Below, piece by piece: positions 7,079 through 16,363 of a stretch of 64,000 nucleotides of DNA. The stretch lies in the sequence record LC667451.1. One strand, 5' to 3'. A model generated the notes under the pieces. It saw nothing but the letters and a program-made list of their open reading frames with translations, ran no database searches and was not told the DNA's origin. Both the position numbers and the translations under genes were made by a program. Positions within the stretch are counted from its first letter, which is position 1. Every line of letters starts with the position of its first letter.

Positions 7079-7486
7079 TTAGTGCGTGAAGCCCATTTTG
7101 CGAGCACGTTCTTGCAACAATTGCCGGAACTGATCTAGCTGGCGCTCAGTCAGTTTGTCGCCATACGTCGGCCAGGGGCAACCGAGGAAGAAATCTGCGA
7201 CTGCGTCCGATACTAGACCACAGACTTCAGTGTCGTTCGCGCCACCGTACTCGATAAACTTCACCCGAGCATGCGGGTACAGATCCAGGATACCCTTGAC
7301 CTGTTCCGGGCGCAGATCAAAGCCGATCTGCGACGAAACAAACTCCGCCGCCTTCAGTGCCATGCGTTCGTCGAGTTGCTTGTGACGGTTCTCGAACAAG
7401 AACAGGTTTTTGTGCAGATTCATGTTCAAGAGCAGTTCGTTGGTTTCGTCTTTCTCGAGAACAGCGCGGGGTGTACGTGCGATCAT
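7079..7486 (-). CDS. hypothetical protein (tandem paralog of 6670..7068)
   Basis: shared motifs as above; GGAAG SD. Confidence 0.8.
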   Translation of the reverse strand: MIARTPRAVLEKDETNELLLNMNLHKNLFLFENRHKQLDERMALKAAEFVSSQIGFDLRPEQVKGILDLYPHARVKFIEYGGANDTEVCGLVSDAVADFFLGCPWPTYGDKLTERQLDQFRQLLQERARKMGFTH

Positions 7487-7505
7487 GATTGTAGCTTCCT
7501 TGTAA

Positions 7506-7991
7506 TTAACGGTACTGTTCTTTAAACGTGTCGACAGCCTGACGCAGTTTGTCTTCCGTGACAAAGCGCAAGACTGCCGGGATGTAGTAGTTCGGTTGCC
7601 ATCCGCCGACGAGTTTGACACGATCCTGTTCGAAACAGAGCACGCGATTCAATGCCTCGGCGTTCTCGACCATGAAGTACATCTCGACGAATCCAGCCAG
7701 TTCGCAATCCTGCGATTTGAGCGTAGCGACACGCCAGCCTTGACGACACAGCCACTGCACGTGGATTTCCACTTGATGCAGAGCGTGAGCTGGTGACACA
7801 CCCAGCGCGATGCAGATCGCGATGAACGCATCCATGCTGAGCTCGGTGTAGCCGTTCTCGATCTTGCAGTAAGCGTTCTGCGACTTGCCTGCCTTCGCGG
7901 CCACCATGCCTTGCGACTGACTGCCTGCAATGCGCAGTTCTTTGAGTGCGGCCGCCATCAGCGTGGACGGCTTGAAATATCGAACGGCCAT
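7506..7991 (-). CDS. XRE-family HTH transcriptional regulator
   Basis: LKELR...SQGMVAAKAGKSQNAYCKIENG cro/C1-type HTH. Confidence 0.85.
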   Translation of the reverse strand: MAVRYFKPSTLMAAALKELRIAGSQSQGMVAAKAGKSQNAYCKIENGYTELSMDAFIAICIALGVSPAHALHQVEIHVQWLCRQGWRVATLKSQDCELAGFVEMYFMVENAEALNRVLCFEQDRVKLVGGWQPNYYIPAVLRFVTEDKLRQAVDTFKEQYR

Positions 7992-7993
7992 GA

Positions 7994-8668
7994 TTATTTT
8001 CCTTGTACTTGATTGTCGAATGCCCAGTTCTTGATGTCCGCGAGATCAATAAACGGGAAGGCTTTACGCAAACCAGCGATGACGATCTTGCGAGCATCGC
8101 CTGCGGTCATGATCATCGACAGATCGAAGAGCGGATGGCTCAATTCGAAGTGATGCACCTGACCAAGCAAGTTCACCGTACCACTGATGCACTTGTAGTT
8201 GCGCTTGAAACACGTGTGGCTCTGGGTCGTGGTAAAGAGCAGATCATTTTCAAGCCCAAGGGTGATCGGGTTAAAACGCTTGCCCGGCACCGACTCCATC
8301 ACAGTACGCACGTTACGACCGCGGCGTTGAAAGAAGTTGTAGAACTCCTTGGAGACGCGGTAGTTCTCCGACTCCGTCGGCGCGCACTGCATCCAGTTAT
8401 TGAGCACGAGCTCGCCAAATTGAGCGATGAAGTTCTCATCCTTGAGCAGGGCCTTGATGTAGTCCACGGCGTTCAGTGCGTCCTGCATGTCGGTCGGATA
8501 ACCAGCGTCGTACTGAATCTGCATATACAGCTTGACGGCTTTACCGGTTTCTTTGTCCGCTACTGTGACAAACCAGTTCGGCAAGTCCGCGACTTTCTTC
8601 ACCTGTTTCGGCGCTTTCAGAAAGGTGAACTTGCAATAGGGCTTTTCCAGGATGATCGGGGTAGTCAT
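7994..8668 (-). CDS. hypothetical protein
   Basis: ORF; start placed at MTTPI downstream of the terminator. Confidence 0.75.
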   Translation of the reverse strand: MTTPIILEKPYCKFTFLKAPKQVKKVADLPNWFVTVADKETGKAVKLYMQIQYDAGYPTDMQDALNAVDYIKALLKDENFIAQFGELVLNNWMQCAPTESENYRVSKEFYNFFQRRGRNVRTVMESVPGKRFNPITLGLENDLLFTTTQSHTCFKRNYKCISGTVNLLGQVHHFELSHPLFDLSMIMTAGDARKIVIAGLRKAFPFIDLADIKNWAFDNQVQGK

Positions 8669-8728
8669 TATGTCAGTCTCAGTGATGGGGTCTTGCGCGC
8701 ATTTAGGTAGCGGGCTTGGACACCATGA

Positions 8729-8761
8729 TGGCATAAAAGGCCGGGAGTTTCCTCCCGGCCA
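8729..8761 (-). terminator. hairpin with TTATGCC tail
   Basis: GGCCGGGAG/CTCCCGGCC stem. Confidence 0.7.
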
Positions 8762-8777
8762 AGGTACAGCTGGAGGT

Positions 8778-9296
8778 TCATGCGAAAGCAGCGGTCGGCT
8801 GTTCAATGAACAGCGTATCCACTTTCTCCCGCATTAGCTGCGACAAGGTGTAACCCTTGCACAGCTTGAGCCAACCCGTGAGGGTCAAGCGACGCGTCTC
8901 GCACAGCGTCACGTTGTTTTCAACGCACCAGTGAGCGAGTTCGTCGTGAGTCGCGAACGAAGGGGTCAGAGGCGTCCCACGCGTTTGCGTCTCATACAGC
9001 ACATAGTGAGTCGCTTCGTCTGGAGTCCAAAGCGGCATGTATTCATCGGGAGCCGGGGGTGGTCCGTAGAACGTATCAAAACAAGACTCGGTAAGTCCTG
9101 CTTCACCACGAGAGATCCACGCCGTGTGATCCATGGGATCGCGAACCTGACCAAGCGTCCACATACGGCGTTCCTCTTCATACCGCTGAAAATCCTTCTG
9201 AAACTTCGCACCATCTAACAACGGCACAAACAGCTTGGCATTCAACTTCGGATGCTGCCAATCGACTGCAACCTTACGAACTTCGCGGCTCATCAC
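8778..9296 (-). CDS. hypothetical protein (paralog of 6162..6668)
   Basis: shared motifs; GGAGG SD. Confidence 0.8.
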   Translation of the reverse strand: MMSREVRKVAVDWQHPKLNAKLFVPLLDGAKFQKDFQRYEEERRMWTLGQVRDPMDHTAWISRGEAGLTESCFDTFYGPPPAPDEYMPLWTPDEATHYVLYETQTRGTPLTPSFATHDELAHWCVENNVTLCETRRLTLTGWLKLCKGYTLSQLMREKVDTLFIEQPTAAFA

Positions 9297-9322
9297 TTAC
9301 CTCCAAAGTGGGTGATGTCTAG

Positions 9323-9811
9323 CTAAGTCGGTTGGAACGCCTTGTAGTCAGAGTTGTCGGTAAGACAATACCGAAGCTGCAAAGCATCCCAAAGTGCATG
9401 GTGCTGTACTGCGCCATCCAGCGTGCGAGCGTACGAATACGCATCCACACGCTTTACCTCGAAGACGATACCAGGGATGTTCACCATCGTGCCAGGTCCC
9501 GTGATCAGCAATTCGCTGAGATACTTCACGTCATCTGGCCAGTCGGTTACGATCCGAATCTCGTCCTCCTCTTTCTGCAGATACGCTTGCAGAACCTGTT
9601 GAAACTCCTCCACAGTTAAGTGAGGAGCCCAAATACCACTGGGTGCCTGGTCCAGGTACGGGACCACATTGCGTGCCACCCAAGGATTGATCGGGGCTTT
9701 CGGTTTCGGGAACACGTTGTAGAGCGCCTCCCCGTTTTCCTTGACGAGCCCAACACTCATCACTTCGCCCTTGTACGAGTTGAACTCGAAGTCGCAGTAG
9801 ATCTTACCCAC
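9323..9811 (-). CDS. DEDDh 3'-5' exonuclease (RNase AS/Rv2179c-like)
   Basis: IYCDFEF (ExoI), DWP.DVKY (ExoII), HHALWDA (ExoIII). Confidence 0.8.
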   Translation of the reverse strand: MGKIYCDFEFNSYKGEVMSVGLVKENGEALYNVFPKPKAPINPWVARNVVPYLDQAPSGIWAPHLTVEEFQQVLQAYLQKEEDEIRIVTDWPDDVKYLSELLITGPGTMVNIPGIVFEVKRVDAYSYARTLDGAVQHHALWDALQLRYCLTDNSDYKAFQPT

Positions 9812-9813
9812 GA

Positions 9814-10596
9814 TTAACGCACCTTATTCAGAATGTGGTCGAACTGCACGATGTAGTAACGGTTGTTCGTCACCGCCTCGTCCGAGTACACACTGACTTG
9901 CAGTCGTACCTTGCCCTCGCCGATGTGCTCGTAACGCACGCCGCACTTGTAGTCGTTGTGCATTTCAAGCATGCAGTCCGCGTAGGTACGGAACTTCTGG
10001 AAGAGATCTTCCGTATCTTGACCTGCGTACTGACGCACCTGCTCTTGCAGACACTGCAGGTACAGCGTGCCCTGATCCTTGAACTCCACCGATGAACCGA
10101 GGTTGTCGAAGATCGTGTAGCTGGAGAAGCGCTGTTCGGTCGTGGTGTCCATCGGGAAGCACGGCTCGGCGATGCTGTAGATCTTCGACGAGTTGACTTC
10201 GATGCGATCGACGAACCAGCCAATCGTGTTCTCCGTAGTGTTCGGCGTACGCATCACAGCCTCGAAACTGGCCAGTGGTTCTGCACTGCCGTGCGGCAAC
10301 ACCAACACCTGGAAGCGGAAGCAGTTCGGGTTGACGATCTTCTCTTCGATGATGCCGTACATGAAGAGCGTACGCATCGCGTTGAGACTGCGATCTGCCA
10401 CAATCGCATCGACGAGGTTAGGCCAGTTCGGCCGACCGATCGCCAGGTTATGCACCAGCGTCTGGAGCACCACCGTATCTTCCCAGGTGTACTGCGGACG
10501 ACCGGCCTTGAAGAGCTCCATTAATTCTGCGTAGTTGAAACGACCAGCGTTCTTGAACGTGGTGTACATGTTGTACACATCGCTATTTTGTTCCAT
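9814..10596 (-). CDS. hypothetical protein
   Basis: 260-aa ORF directly downstream of an early-type promoter. Confidence 0.8.
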   Translation of the reverse strand: MEQNSDVYNMYTTFKNAGRFNYAELMELFKAGRPQYTWEDTVVLQTLVHNLAIGRPNWPNLVDAIVADRSLNAMRTLFMYGIIEEKIVNPNCFRFQVLVLPHGSAEPLASFEAVMRTPNTTENTIGWFVDRIEVNSSKIYSIAEPCFPMDTTTEQRFSSYTIFDNLGSSVEFKDQGTLYLQCLQEQVRQYAGQDTEDLFQKFRTYADCMLEMHNDYKCGVRYEHIGEGKVRLQVSVYSDEAVTNNRYYIVQFDHILNKVR

Positions 10597-10638
10597 GCTT
10601 GTCCTCGTTGTAAGTACATTGTTAGTACTGCTCTCCGG

Positions 10639-10668
10639 AGTAATATATATCCCAAACTCCTTTCAATC
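10639..10668 (-). promoter_or_regulatory. phage early-type promoter
   Basis: GGATTGAAAGGAGTTTGGGATATATATTAC matches the repeated motif. Confidence 0.65.
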
Positions 10669-10695
10669 CGGCATAAATCCAGGTTTCGCCTGGCT
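10669..10695 (-). terminator. hairpin with TTATGCC tail
   Basis: CCAGG-CGAAA-CCTGG followed by ATTTATGCC. Confidence 0.55.
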
Positions 10696-10858
10696 GCCCT
10701 TTTTTATTTGTGTTCTTAGAGAAAAAGAGAGGGAAGACCAACCGCTATGGTGGAGAACGATTGCCTTACGGCCTTCCCTCTGGAGGAGACTACAACGCTA
10801 CAACGGAGGACACGACGAACTACACCTACACCAACCTAGAAAGATCTCCCCGACTGGT

Positions 10859-11254
10859 TCAGTCTGATGCTACGCGCCAATCTTCGGCCGCATGGATCAC
10901 CTTGGCGGCACGTTCTTCCAATGGCAAATTCAGCAATCGCTGCTGGGACGCATGCACGCCCTTGATAAAGCCAGGTCCCGAGTACAGTACCACGAACGGT
11001 TTGCCCTCGTGTTTGCCGTCTGCGATCTCTTGCGCCATGGTGGCGCGGGATGCAAACGGCTGGCCTGCTAACAACTCCACGGGCGCCAGTTCGTTGAGTT
11101 CGTCCTGACCAGTAACAAGAAACGCATGCGTGCCTTCCACGACTGCGCTATGACGCGTGAGCACATCAAGTAACTGATCAGGTGTGCGCACAGGCGCGAG
11201 CGTACCGTCCTGAAACACGGTATGCATGAAGATACTCATCGGGTGCTTCATCAT
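10859..11254 (-). CDS. hypothetical protein
   Basis: ORF with GAGGAG SD. Confidence 0.75.
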   Translation of the reverse strand: MMKHPMSIFMHTVFQDGTLAPVRTPDQLLDVLTRHSAVVEGTHAFLVTGQDELNELAPVELLAGQPFASRATMAQEIADGKHEGKPFVVLYSGPGFIKGVHASQQRLLNLPLEERAAKVIHAAEDWRVASD

Positions 11255-11260
11255 CTCTCC

Positions 11261-11593
11261 TCAGCTAAAGAACGACACCGCCAGAATCCGAATGCGATTC
11301 ATCCGCATCGGGGTACCTGCTGCTCCCATGGCCCAGTCTTCGAGGATCTGTGCGTTAGGATGTGCCGTACTATGCTTGAGCAGTCCGCATGCCAGATACT
11401 CGATCGGGGCTAACCCGTTCAGTGCGTTCTTGGTCGACGGTTTGGTCAACGCAGTACGCGTCAGAGCGGGTACACCTGGGACTTGCAGGATCGCTTCCAG
11501 CAAGGCATCTGGCTTACCAATGTAGGCGTTGACTAACGCCGTCATGTCGGTCAGATTCTTGCCAGTGAATAACTGCTGAAACGTGATTGCCAT
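11261..11593 (-). CDS. hypothetical protein
   Basis: ORF with GAGGA SD. Confidence 0.7.
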   Translation of the reverse strand: MAITFQQLFTGKNLTDMTALVNAYIGKPDALLEAILQVPGVPALTRTALTKPSTKNALNGLAPIEYLACGLLKHSTAHPNAQILEDWAMGAAGTPMRMNRIRILAVSFFS

Positions 11594-11652
11594 GTGACTT
11601 CCTCAAAGGGTGGACGAACTACACATCATCCACCCTCGCCGCCCTGCTTGCC

Positions 11653-12669
11653 TTAGTGCTTCGCGTTCGTGCCTTCGACGCCCTTGGCCACACGTTTAGC
11701 GGTGCGCGACTTCAGTGCCGCCAGGGCTGCATCGACGTGTTCCAGTGCTTCCTGGTTTTCCGGGCAGTTGAACGGGCCGTCCTGGAAACCTTCCAGACGA
11801 TGTGAGACCAGTGCGAGCAGCGCCTCGATCGTCACGCCGTTGTTGCCGAATTCCGGAATCGGACCGTTCTGGAACAGGATCGACAGCATCTGAGTCGCGC
11901 CGTCGGCGTCTTCGGCCGCATTGCCTGCCGTGTTGAAGCCAGTGATGTCGTAGCGATGGTTCGCGTTCGTCTTGACGTTCGCTTCGTCGCCGACACGAAT
12001 CACCAGGTTCGATGCCGCGCCTTCGACTTCGTGCTTGCTGATCTGGAAACCGCGGCTGTAGTACGCGACGTCGTTACCCGGACGCTTTTCTTGCGTTGGT
12101 GCGAGCACTTCTTGCTCGTAGGCTTCGATTTCCGCCGGAGTCGCCGGAACGATCAGCGTGTCGCCTTCGCGGTTCCATTCGGATACCGAGATGATCACGA
12201 CGTCGTCCACCGGCACGTCCTGGTGGAAGCCCTTGCTGCCGGTCTTCACGCGACGGATCTGGTCGATCACTTCCTGGCCTTCGATCACCTTGCCAAACAC
12301 AGCGTAGCCCCAACCTTGCGGGGTCGGCGACGAGTGGTTCAGGAAGTCGTTGCGGTTGACGTTGATGAAGAACTGCGCGGTCGCCGAATGCGGATCGTTG
12401 GTCCGCGCCATGGCGATCGTGTACGAGTCGTTCTTCAGGCCGTTCTGCGCTTCGTTCTTGATCGGGGTTTGCGTGTCCTTCTGGATCATGCCCGGCTTAA
12501 AGCCGCCACCTTGCACCATGAAACCGTCGATCACGCGATGGAAGATCGTGCCGTCGTAGTGCTTGCTGTGCACGTAGCTCAGGAAGTTCGCGACAGTGGC
12601 CGGTGCCTTCTCGTCATTGAGTTCGACGAAAAAGAAACCCAGGTTCGTATTGAAACGTACGTATTTCAT
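11653..12669 (-). CDS. ppiB: cyclophilin-type PPIase (PpiB-like) fused to a Tad1-like immune-signal sponge domain
   Basis: N-term [42 protein letters not shown]; C-term [34 protein letters not shown]...R...VEGT. Confidence 0.85.
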   Translation of the reverse strand: MKYVRFNTNLGFFFVELNDEKAPATVANFLSYVHSKHYDGTIFHRVIDGFMVQGGGFKPGMIQKDTQTPIKNEAQNGLKNDSYTIAMARTNDPHSATAQFFINVNRNDFLNHSSPTPQGWGYAVFGKVIEGQEVIDQIRRVKTGSKGFHQDVPVDDVVIISVSEWNREGDTLIVPATPAEIEAYEQEVLAPTQEKRPGNDVAYYSRGFQISKHEVEGAASNLVIRVGDEANVKTNANHRYDITGFNTAGNAAEDADGATQMLSILFQNGPIPEFGNNGVTIEALLALVSHRLEGFQDGPFNCPENQEALEHVDAALAALKSRTAKRVAKGVEGTNAKH

Positions 12670-12687
12670 CTTCTTATTGGTCCTTGT

Positions 12688-13440
12688 TTAAGCAGAATAC
12701 CCGTAGCGTGCGGCGAGGGCGGCAGCAGCCAAGTCCAGATCAGGCGTACGCTTGCTCGAAGGCGAACGATATTCCGGATTCAGCATGTTCATGCGGTCGA
12801 TGTCCAGCGTAAAGCCGAGGACTTCGACGTTGTTCGTGATCTTCTCGATGTCCTCGTGAATCGAGGTCTGGATGCCGTGGTCTTGCAATGACTTGTGGGC
12901 CGGAAAGCGCGTATGTACGCCTTGTACTCGACCGCCGAGCGTAGTGTCGGCCAGTTCAAGATTAATCGTGCTACGCAGATCGAGCGTGATCTGGATCTTC
13001 AGGCCAGCGCTCAAGAACGGATCGAGCAGACGGAACGGTACACCCTGGTGGTCACGTGTGCTTGCATCAAGCTCCGCCAGGAACGCATAATCGAGCATCA
13101 TCACGCGATAACCCGAGTGCGAACCACGTGTAAAGGGCAGTTCAACGCGTTGTTGCAGGATCTGGTCGCCGATACGAATGTACACGTATTCCAGTGTGGC
13201 CTTGGTCGAGAGATGGTCGGTCGGGTTATGCAGCTTCGCGTCGACTGTCTGCTCGTTCTGGCTGATACCCAGCAACGAGAACGTCACCCCATTCTTCACA
13301 GGCGCAGTGTCGAAGTTCACTCCGTCGACTTGCACCTCGTGTCCCAATTCCGTGACCAAATACTGGTCACGCCCCTCTGACCAAATCGGCCAGGCCCGGA
13401 CCGATCGATGTAGCCGGTCTTCTACGATAAACGATTGCAT
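12688..13440 (-). CDS. hypothetical protein
   Basis: 250-aa ORF, AAGGAA SD. Confidence 0.8.
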   Translation of the reverse strand: MQSFIVEDRLHRSVRAWPIWSEGRDQYLVTELGHEVQVDGVNFDTAPVKNGVTFSLLGISQNEQTVDAKLHNPTDHLSTKATLEYVYIRIGDQILQQRVELPFTRGSHSGYRVMMLDYAFLAELDASTRDHQGVPFRLLDPFLSAGLKIQITLDLRSTINLELADTTLGGRVQGVHTRFPAHKSLQDHGIQTSIHEDIEKITNNVEVLGFTLDIDRMNMLNPEYRSPSSKRTPDLDLAAAALAARYGYSA

Positions 13441-13469
13441 TCCACTTTCCTTCGTTTTTTGGTTTTAGT

Positions 13470-13945
13470 GACGCACTCCACAGATTGCTCTTCGACACTC
13501 ACCCGTCTTACCGTCCTCCTTTCGGTTAGAGCGGTAGTCCTCAACAGGTTCGTCGACACGCGAGGTCGTGTCGTTTGGACCAAAGAACTTTCTGCAGGCT
13601 GCGCCCTTTACTTTGTCAACGGCTTCTTGGCTGTTTTGCGAGGACAGCGTCTGCCGCTATGTTCGTTTCAAGGTACAACTTGCTGTGACTCCGGTAGCAC
13701 CGTAAGTCGTTGCCGTACGATTTTGAGCGCAGGGACCTTGGCGGGTAGCGCGCTCATGCGGGTGTGCCCGAACCGGGCAACGCTCGCCTTGCGTAGGATC
13801 GTGAACCTAGTGCTCTGAGGGGGACGTGAGAAATCCCCCTTTCGCGGGCTTTACCCCACGAATTACCAATCGCCACTTGAGAAGGGTGTACTAAACAGGA
13901 TGACGATTGATAACCGGTCGCCGACTTGCACGGCTCATCAGAGAG
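13470..13945 (-). ncRNA. candidate ~480-nt structured intergenic RNA
   Basis: no minus-strand ORF of 60 aa or more; more than 10 hairpins, several GNRA loops, G-U pairs favour the minus strand. Confidence 0.45.
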
Positions 13946-13947
13946 CT

Positions 13948-14223
13948 TTACAGACTGCGCAGCCAGGGTTCATGGTCGCGAATCCGTTGAACCACGTCCT
14001 TATGGCCGCGGCGCTTAATCGTGTCACGAATGACTTGCGTAGCTTCGAAGGTTTCGTGCATCTTCTCTTCGATCACTTCAGCCACCTGGCCGATGCACTT
14101 CGGGTCCGATTCCAGATGACCCTTCAGTTGGTGCGCTTCGCTAATGAGTGCATTCTGGGCAATGACCAGCGCTTCCGTGAGGGCGCGAGACAGCGGTTGA
14201 AATCTGAAGTTATTGTCGTTCAC
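13948..14223 (-). CDS. hypothetical helical protein
   Basis: GTG start with AAGGA SD. Confidence 0.7.
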   Translation of the reverse strand: MNDNNFRFQPLSRALTEALVIAQNALISEAHQLKGHLESDPKCIGQVAEVIEEKMHETFEATQVIRDTIKRRGHKDVVQRIRDHEPWLRSL

Positions 14224-14286
14224 GGTATTCCTTGTTATTCGTTTGGCATGTTCCTTCTAAATCATGACCCCACTCAGTAAGTTTTC

Positions 14287-14835
14287 CTATCCGGCTGATT
14301 TTACGACCAGCTGATGCGAACCCTCGATTACCTGGGCTCGGATCTCTTCGGCCGTATGATCGCGATCAATCCCATCCTCGTCACGCTGACGAAAACCACC
14401 CGGTAGCGTCGCTTCAGCAGGAATGCCCAGTCGATACGCCGCAATGATACCTGCAATGTCCGCGCCTGTCTGTCCACCTGAGATAATCTTCTCTAAGGGC
14501 CAGGCGTGATGGACAAGCGCCAGGATATCGTAGACGTATTGGTTCACTTGTGCGCGCGTGATACCTGCCTTGGCATAGGTCGCAATCCCATTGCCTGCCA
14601 CGTTGAGTACCTTGACACTGCGCTTACGACACTCGATGAAGAGTCGCCGTGCATTCTCAATCATCGGTTCGTGAAAAGGTAGAGCGATAAACTTCTCCCC
14701 AGCGGCTTTGTGCGTGAGCTTCTCACCACCCGTGTAGTAGTTCACCGCCACAGCAATGGTCAGGTCAGAGGTCGAAGCATTGTGAAACGTACGTGGAACA
14801 TAGCTCTTGCTCTGGTGTTCGAGGATAGTCAGCAT
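14287..14835 (-). CDS. SLOG-superfamily (YpsA/MoCo-carrier-like) nucleotide-binding protein
   Basis: RT..N..SD.T, LNVAGN and IISGGQTGAD.AG motifs. Confidence 0.8.
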   Translation of the reverse strand: MLTILEHQSKSYVPRTFHNASTSDLTIAVAVNYYTGGEKLTHKAAGEKFIALPFHEPMIENARRLFIECRKRSVKVLNVAGNGIATYAKAGITRAQVNQYVYDILALVHHAWPLEKIISGGQTGADIAGIIAAYRLGIPAEATLPGGFRQRDEDGIDRDHTAEEIRAQVIEGSHQLVVKSAG

Positions 14836-14879
14836 GGTGTTCTCCTATATCTACACCATAGCGCGTTACAGTAAAAACG

Positions 14880-14909
14880 GCATAAGAGCGGACCCGAAGG
14901 CCCGCTCTC
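14880..14909 (-). terminator. hairpin (TTCG loop) with TTATGCC tail
   Basis: AGAGCGG/CCGCTCT stem. Confidence 0.75.
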
Positions 14910-14929
14910 ACTGAGACGCACTAAGACGC

Positions 14930-15289
14930 TTAAGCGCCTGCGTTCGATTCGCCTTCGCTCGAGCTCGGCGTGCCGTTGGGCAGATGCGACGTACCGTCGA
15001 CCGGCACCGCGTAGCCCGTGGCCGTCACGAACGGACCCGTTGCCGGGGGCGCTTCACCCGTGTCGACGAACGGCACGTTGGTCATGGAGAACGCGCCTTG
15101 CGGGGTCTGCTTGGTTTGCGCGGGATTCTCGACCGCAACGTTCACGCGGCTGCCGCCGGTCAGGACCTTGACGATCGTACAGGGCAGCGGAGCGATGGTC
15201 GTGGTGGTTGCACCGGTGCCATCGACACCCAGGGCGGGAAGGTTGTGTTGCGGGTAGTACTTGGCTGCGGTATTGACTACGGCGGGCAT
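14930..15289 (-). CDS. hypothetical Pro/Thr-rich protein (paralog of 15323..15787)
   Basis: shared YP..PL...V.V....NVP....GY pattern. Confidence 0.7.
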   Translation of the reverse strand: MPAVVNTAAKYYPQHNLPALGVDGTGATTTTIAPLPCTIVKVLTGGSRVNVAVENPAQTKQTPQGAFSMTNVPFVDTGEAPPATGPFVTATGYAVPVDGTSHLPNGTPSSSEGESNAGA

Positions 15290-15322
15290 GGATTACTCCG
15301 TGGTGTGAAAAAGTGAAGAAGC

Positions 15323-15787
15323 TTATTCCGGATCGCTGGCGACCGGGGTTTCCGTCGCCGTGGTCGGCGTACCGGTTTCGTTCGCCATGATCTTGACAGG
15401 CACGTACGGCTGAGCACTATCGTCCGGATTGGCAGGCGGATGCGTCGGCGAGAGCGGCATGTTCCAGCCAGCCGGTTGATACGGCACGGTCTTCGCAGGC
15501 GGGAACGCGGGTGCATCGTTCGGGTCCACACAGTAGCCGCCATCACCAGGGATGAGGTTCGTGTACGGACGCGTGGCGAATTCGCTGTCGAAGTACGGCA
15601 CATTCTTGATCGTGTACGGACGACCACCGGCCGCAGGCGTCACGTAGAGCGTGAGCTTGAGAGTCGGTCCCACAGTGACCACACGGGCGCTAAGCGGCGT
15701 GATCGCTTGGATTGCGTTCAGATCCGCCAGCTGTCCACCCCGTTTGGGATAGAAGTTTACGGTCTGACCGACGGTTGGAGCTGCCAT
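15323..15787 (-). CDS. hypothetical Pro/Thr-rich protein (PTVG..V.FY family)
   Basis: GGGGA SD; motif shared with its neighbour. Confidence 0.75.
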   Translation of the reverse strand: MAAPTVGQTVNFYPKRGGQLADLNAIQAITPLSARVVTVGPTLKLTLYVTPAAGGRPYTIKNVPYFDSEFATRPYTNLIPGDGGYCVDPNDAPAFPPAKTVPYQPAGWNMPLSPTHPPANPDDSAQPYVPVKIMANETGTPTTATETPVASDPE

Positions 15788-15901
15788 CAGATCCCCCAGA
15801 GAAGGAACGGGTTAAACATGGCGAACGCATTGAGCATGGCACGTTGTGTCACACCCTGCATCAGCATGGAATACGTCATGAAAGACATGTCTCTTCCTTG
15901 G

Positions 15902-16246
15902 TTATTGTCCGCCCCGAAAATCAGGTGGCGGCATTGGGACTTCAGAGTTCTGCTTGAGCTTCACGCCCCACGCAGCTGCCAGTGCCTGACCAGAGATGGC
16001 CACGCAACCTGTGGAGAACGCCAGGCTGTTGAACGCATGGTTTTTCAGCGTGTCGTAAATCGTGAGCGCGATAAACACGAAGCCACACAGCAAGACGAAA
16101 CCGTAACCGATCAGTCGGGCGGGATCGTAATCGCCGTTCCAGTTCTGAAACATGTCACCGCAGGTCTTAGCGATGAGTTGTCGCGTGCGCTTCAAAGTGA
16201 CGGCATCACTCAGCCACTTCATAAACGCCATGAGTTTTTCTTTCAT
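15902..16246 (-). CDS. two-TM membrane protein, holin-like
   Basis: two hydrophobic helices, charged N-terminus, 114 aa. Confidence 0.55.
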   Translation of the reverse strand: MKEKLMAFMKWLSDAVTLKRTRQLIAKTCGDMFQNWNGDYDPARLIGYGFVLLCGFVFIALTIYDTLKNHAFNSLAFSTGCVAISGQALAAAWGVKLKQNSEVPMPPPDFRGGQ

Positions 16247-16363
16247 TGCTAAGCCCCTTAGCGTATTTTCACTGTGTCATATTGATTCGGTCACCTGCGA
16301 GCCCAAAAAAAAAAGAGGTGACGCGCACTGAGCCCCCGAAGGAGCTCAGCACACAGGATGAAG

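Noticed and set aside
10735-10800. Separate ncRNA (AGAGGGAAGGCC/GGTCTTCCCTCT with inner GTAA hairpin)
   Set aside because: Followed by a T-rich run right after a gene end; most simply an elaborated intrinsic terminator.
11261-11593. MbcA/ParS (DUF2384) antitoxin similarity (ALNGLAPIEYL)
   Set aside because: Short motif only; conserved Trp and flanking helix pattern absent; no RES toxin nearby.
13905-13945. Second hammerhead (CTGATGA-GCCG..CGGC)
   Set aside because: GAAA core strand is missing (GACC instead) and no stem I.
13470-13945. Group I intron
   Set aside because: Only loose resemblance to P/R elements; no convincing S element or flanking exons.
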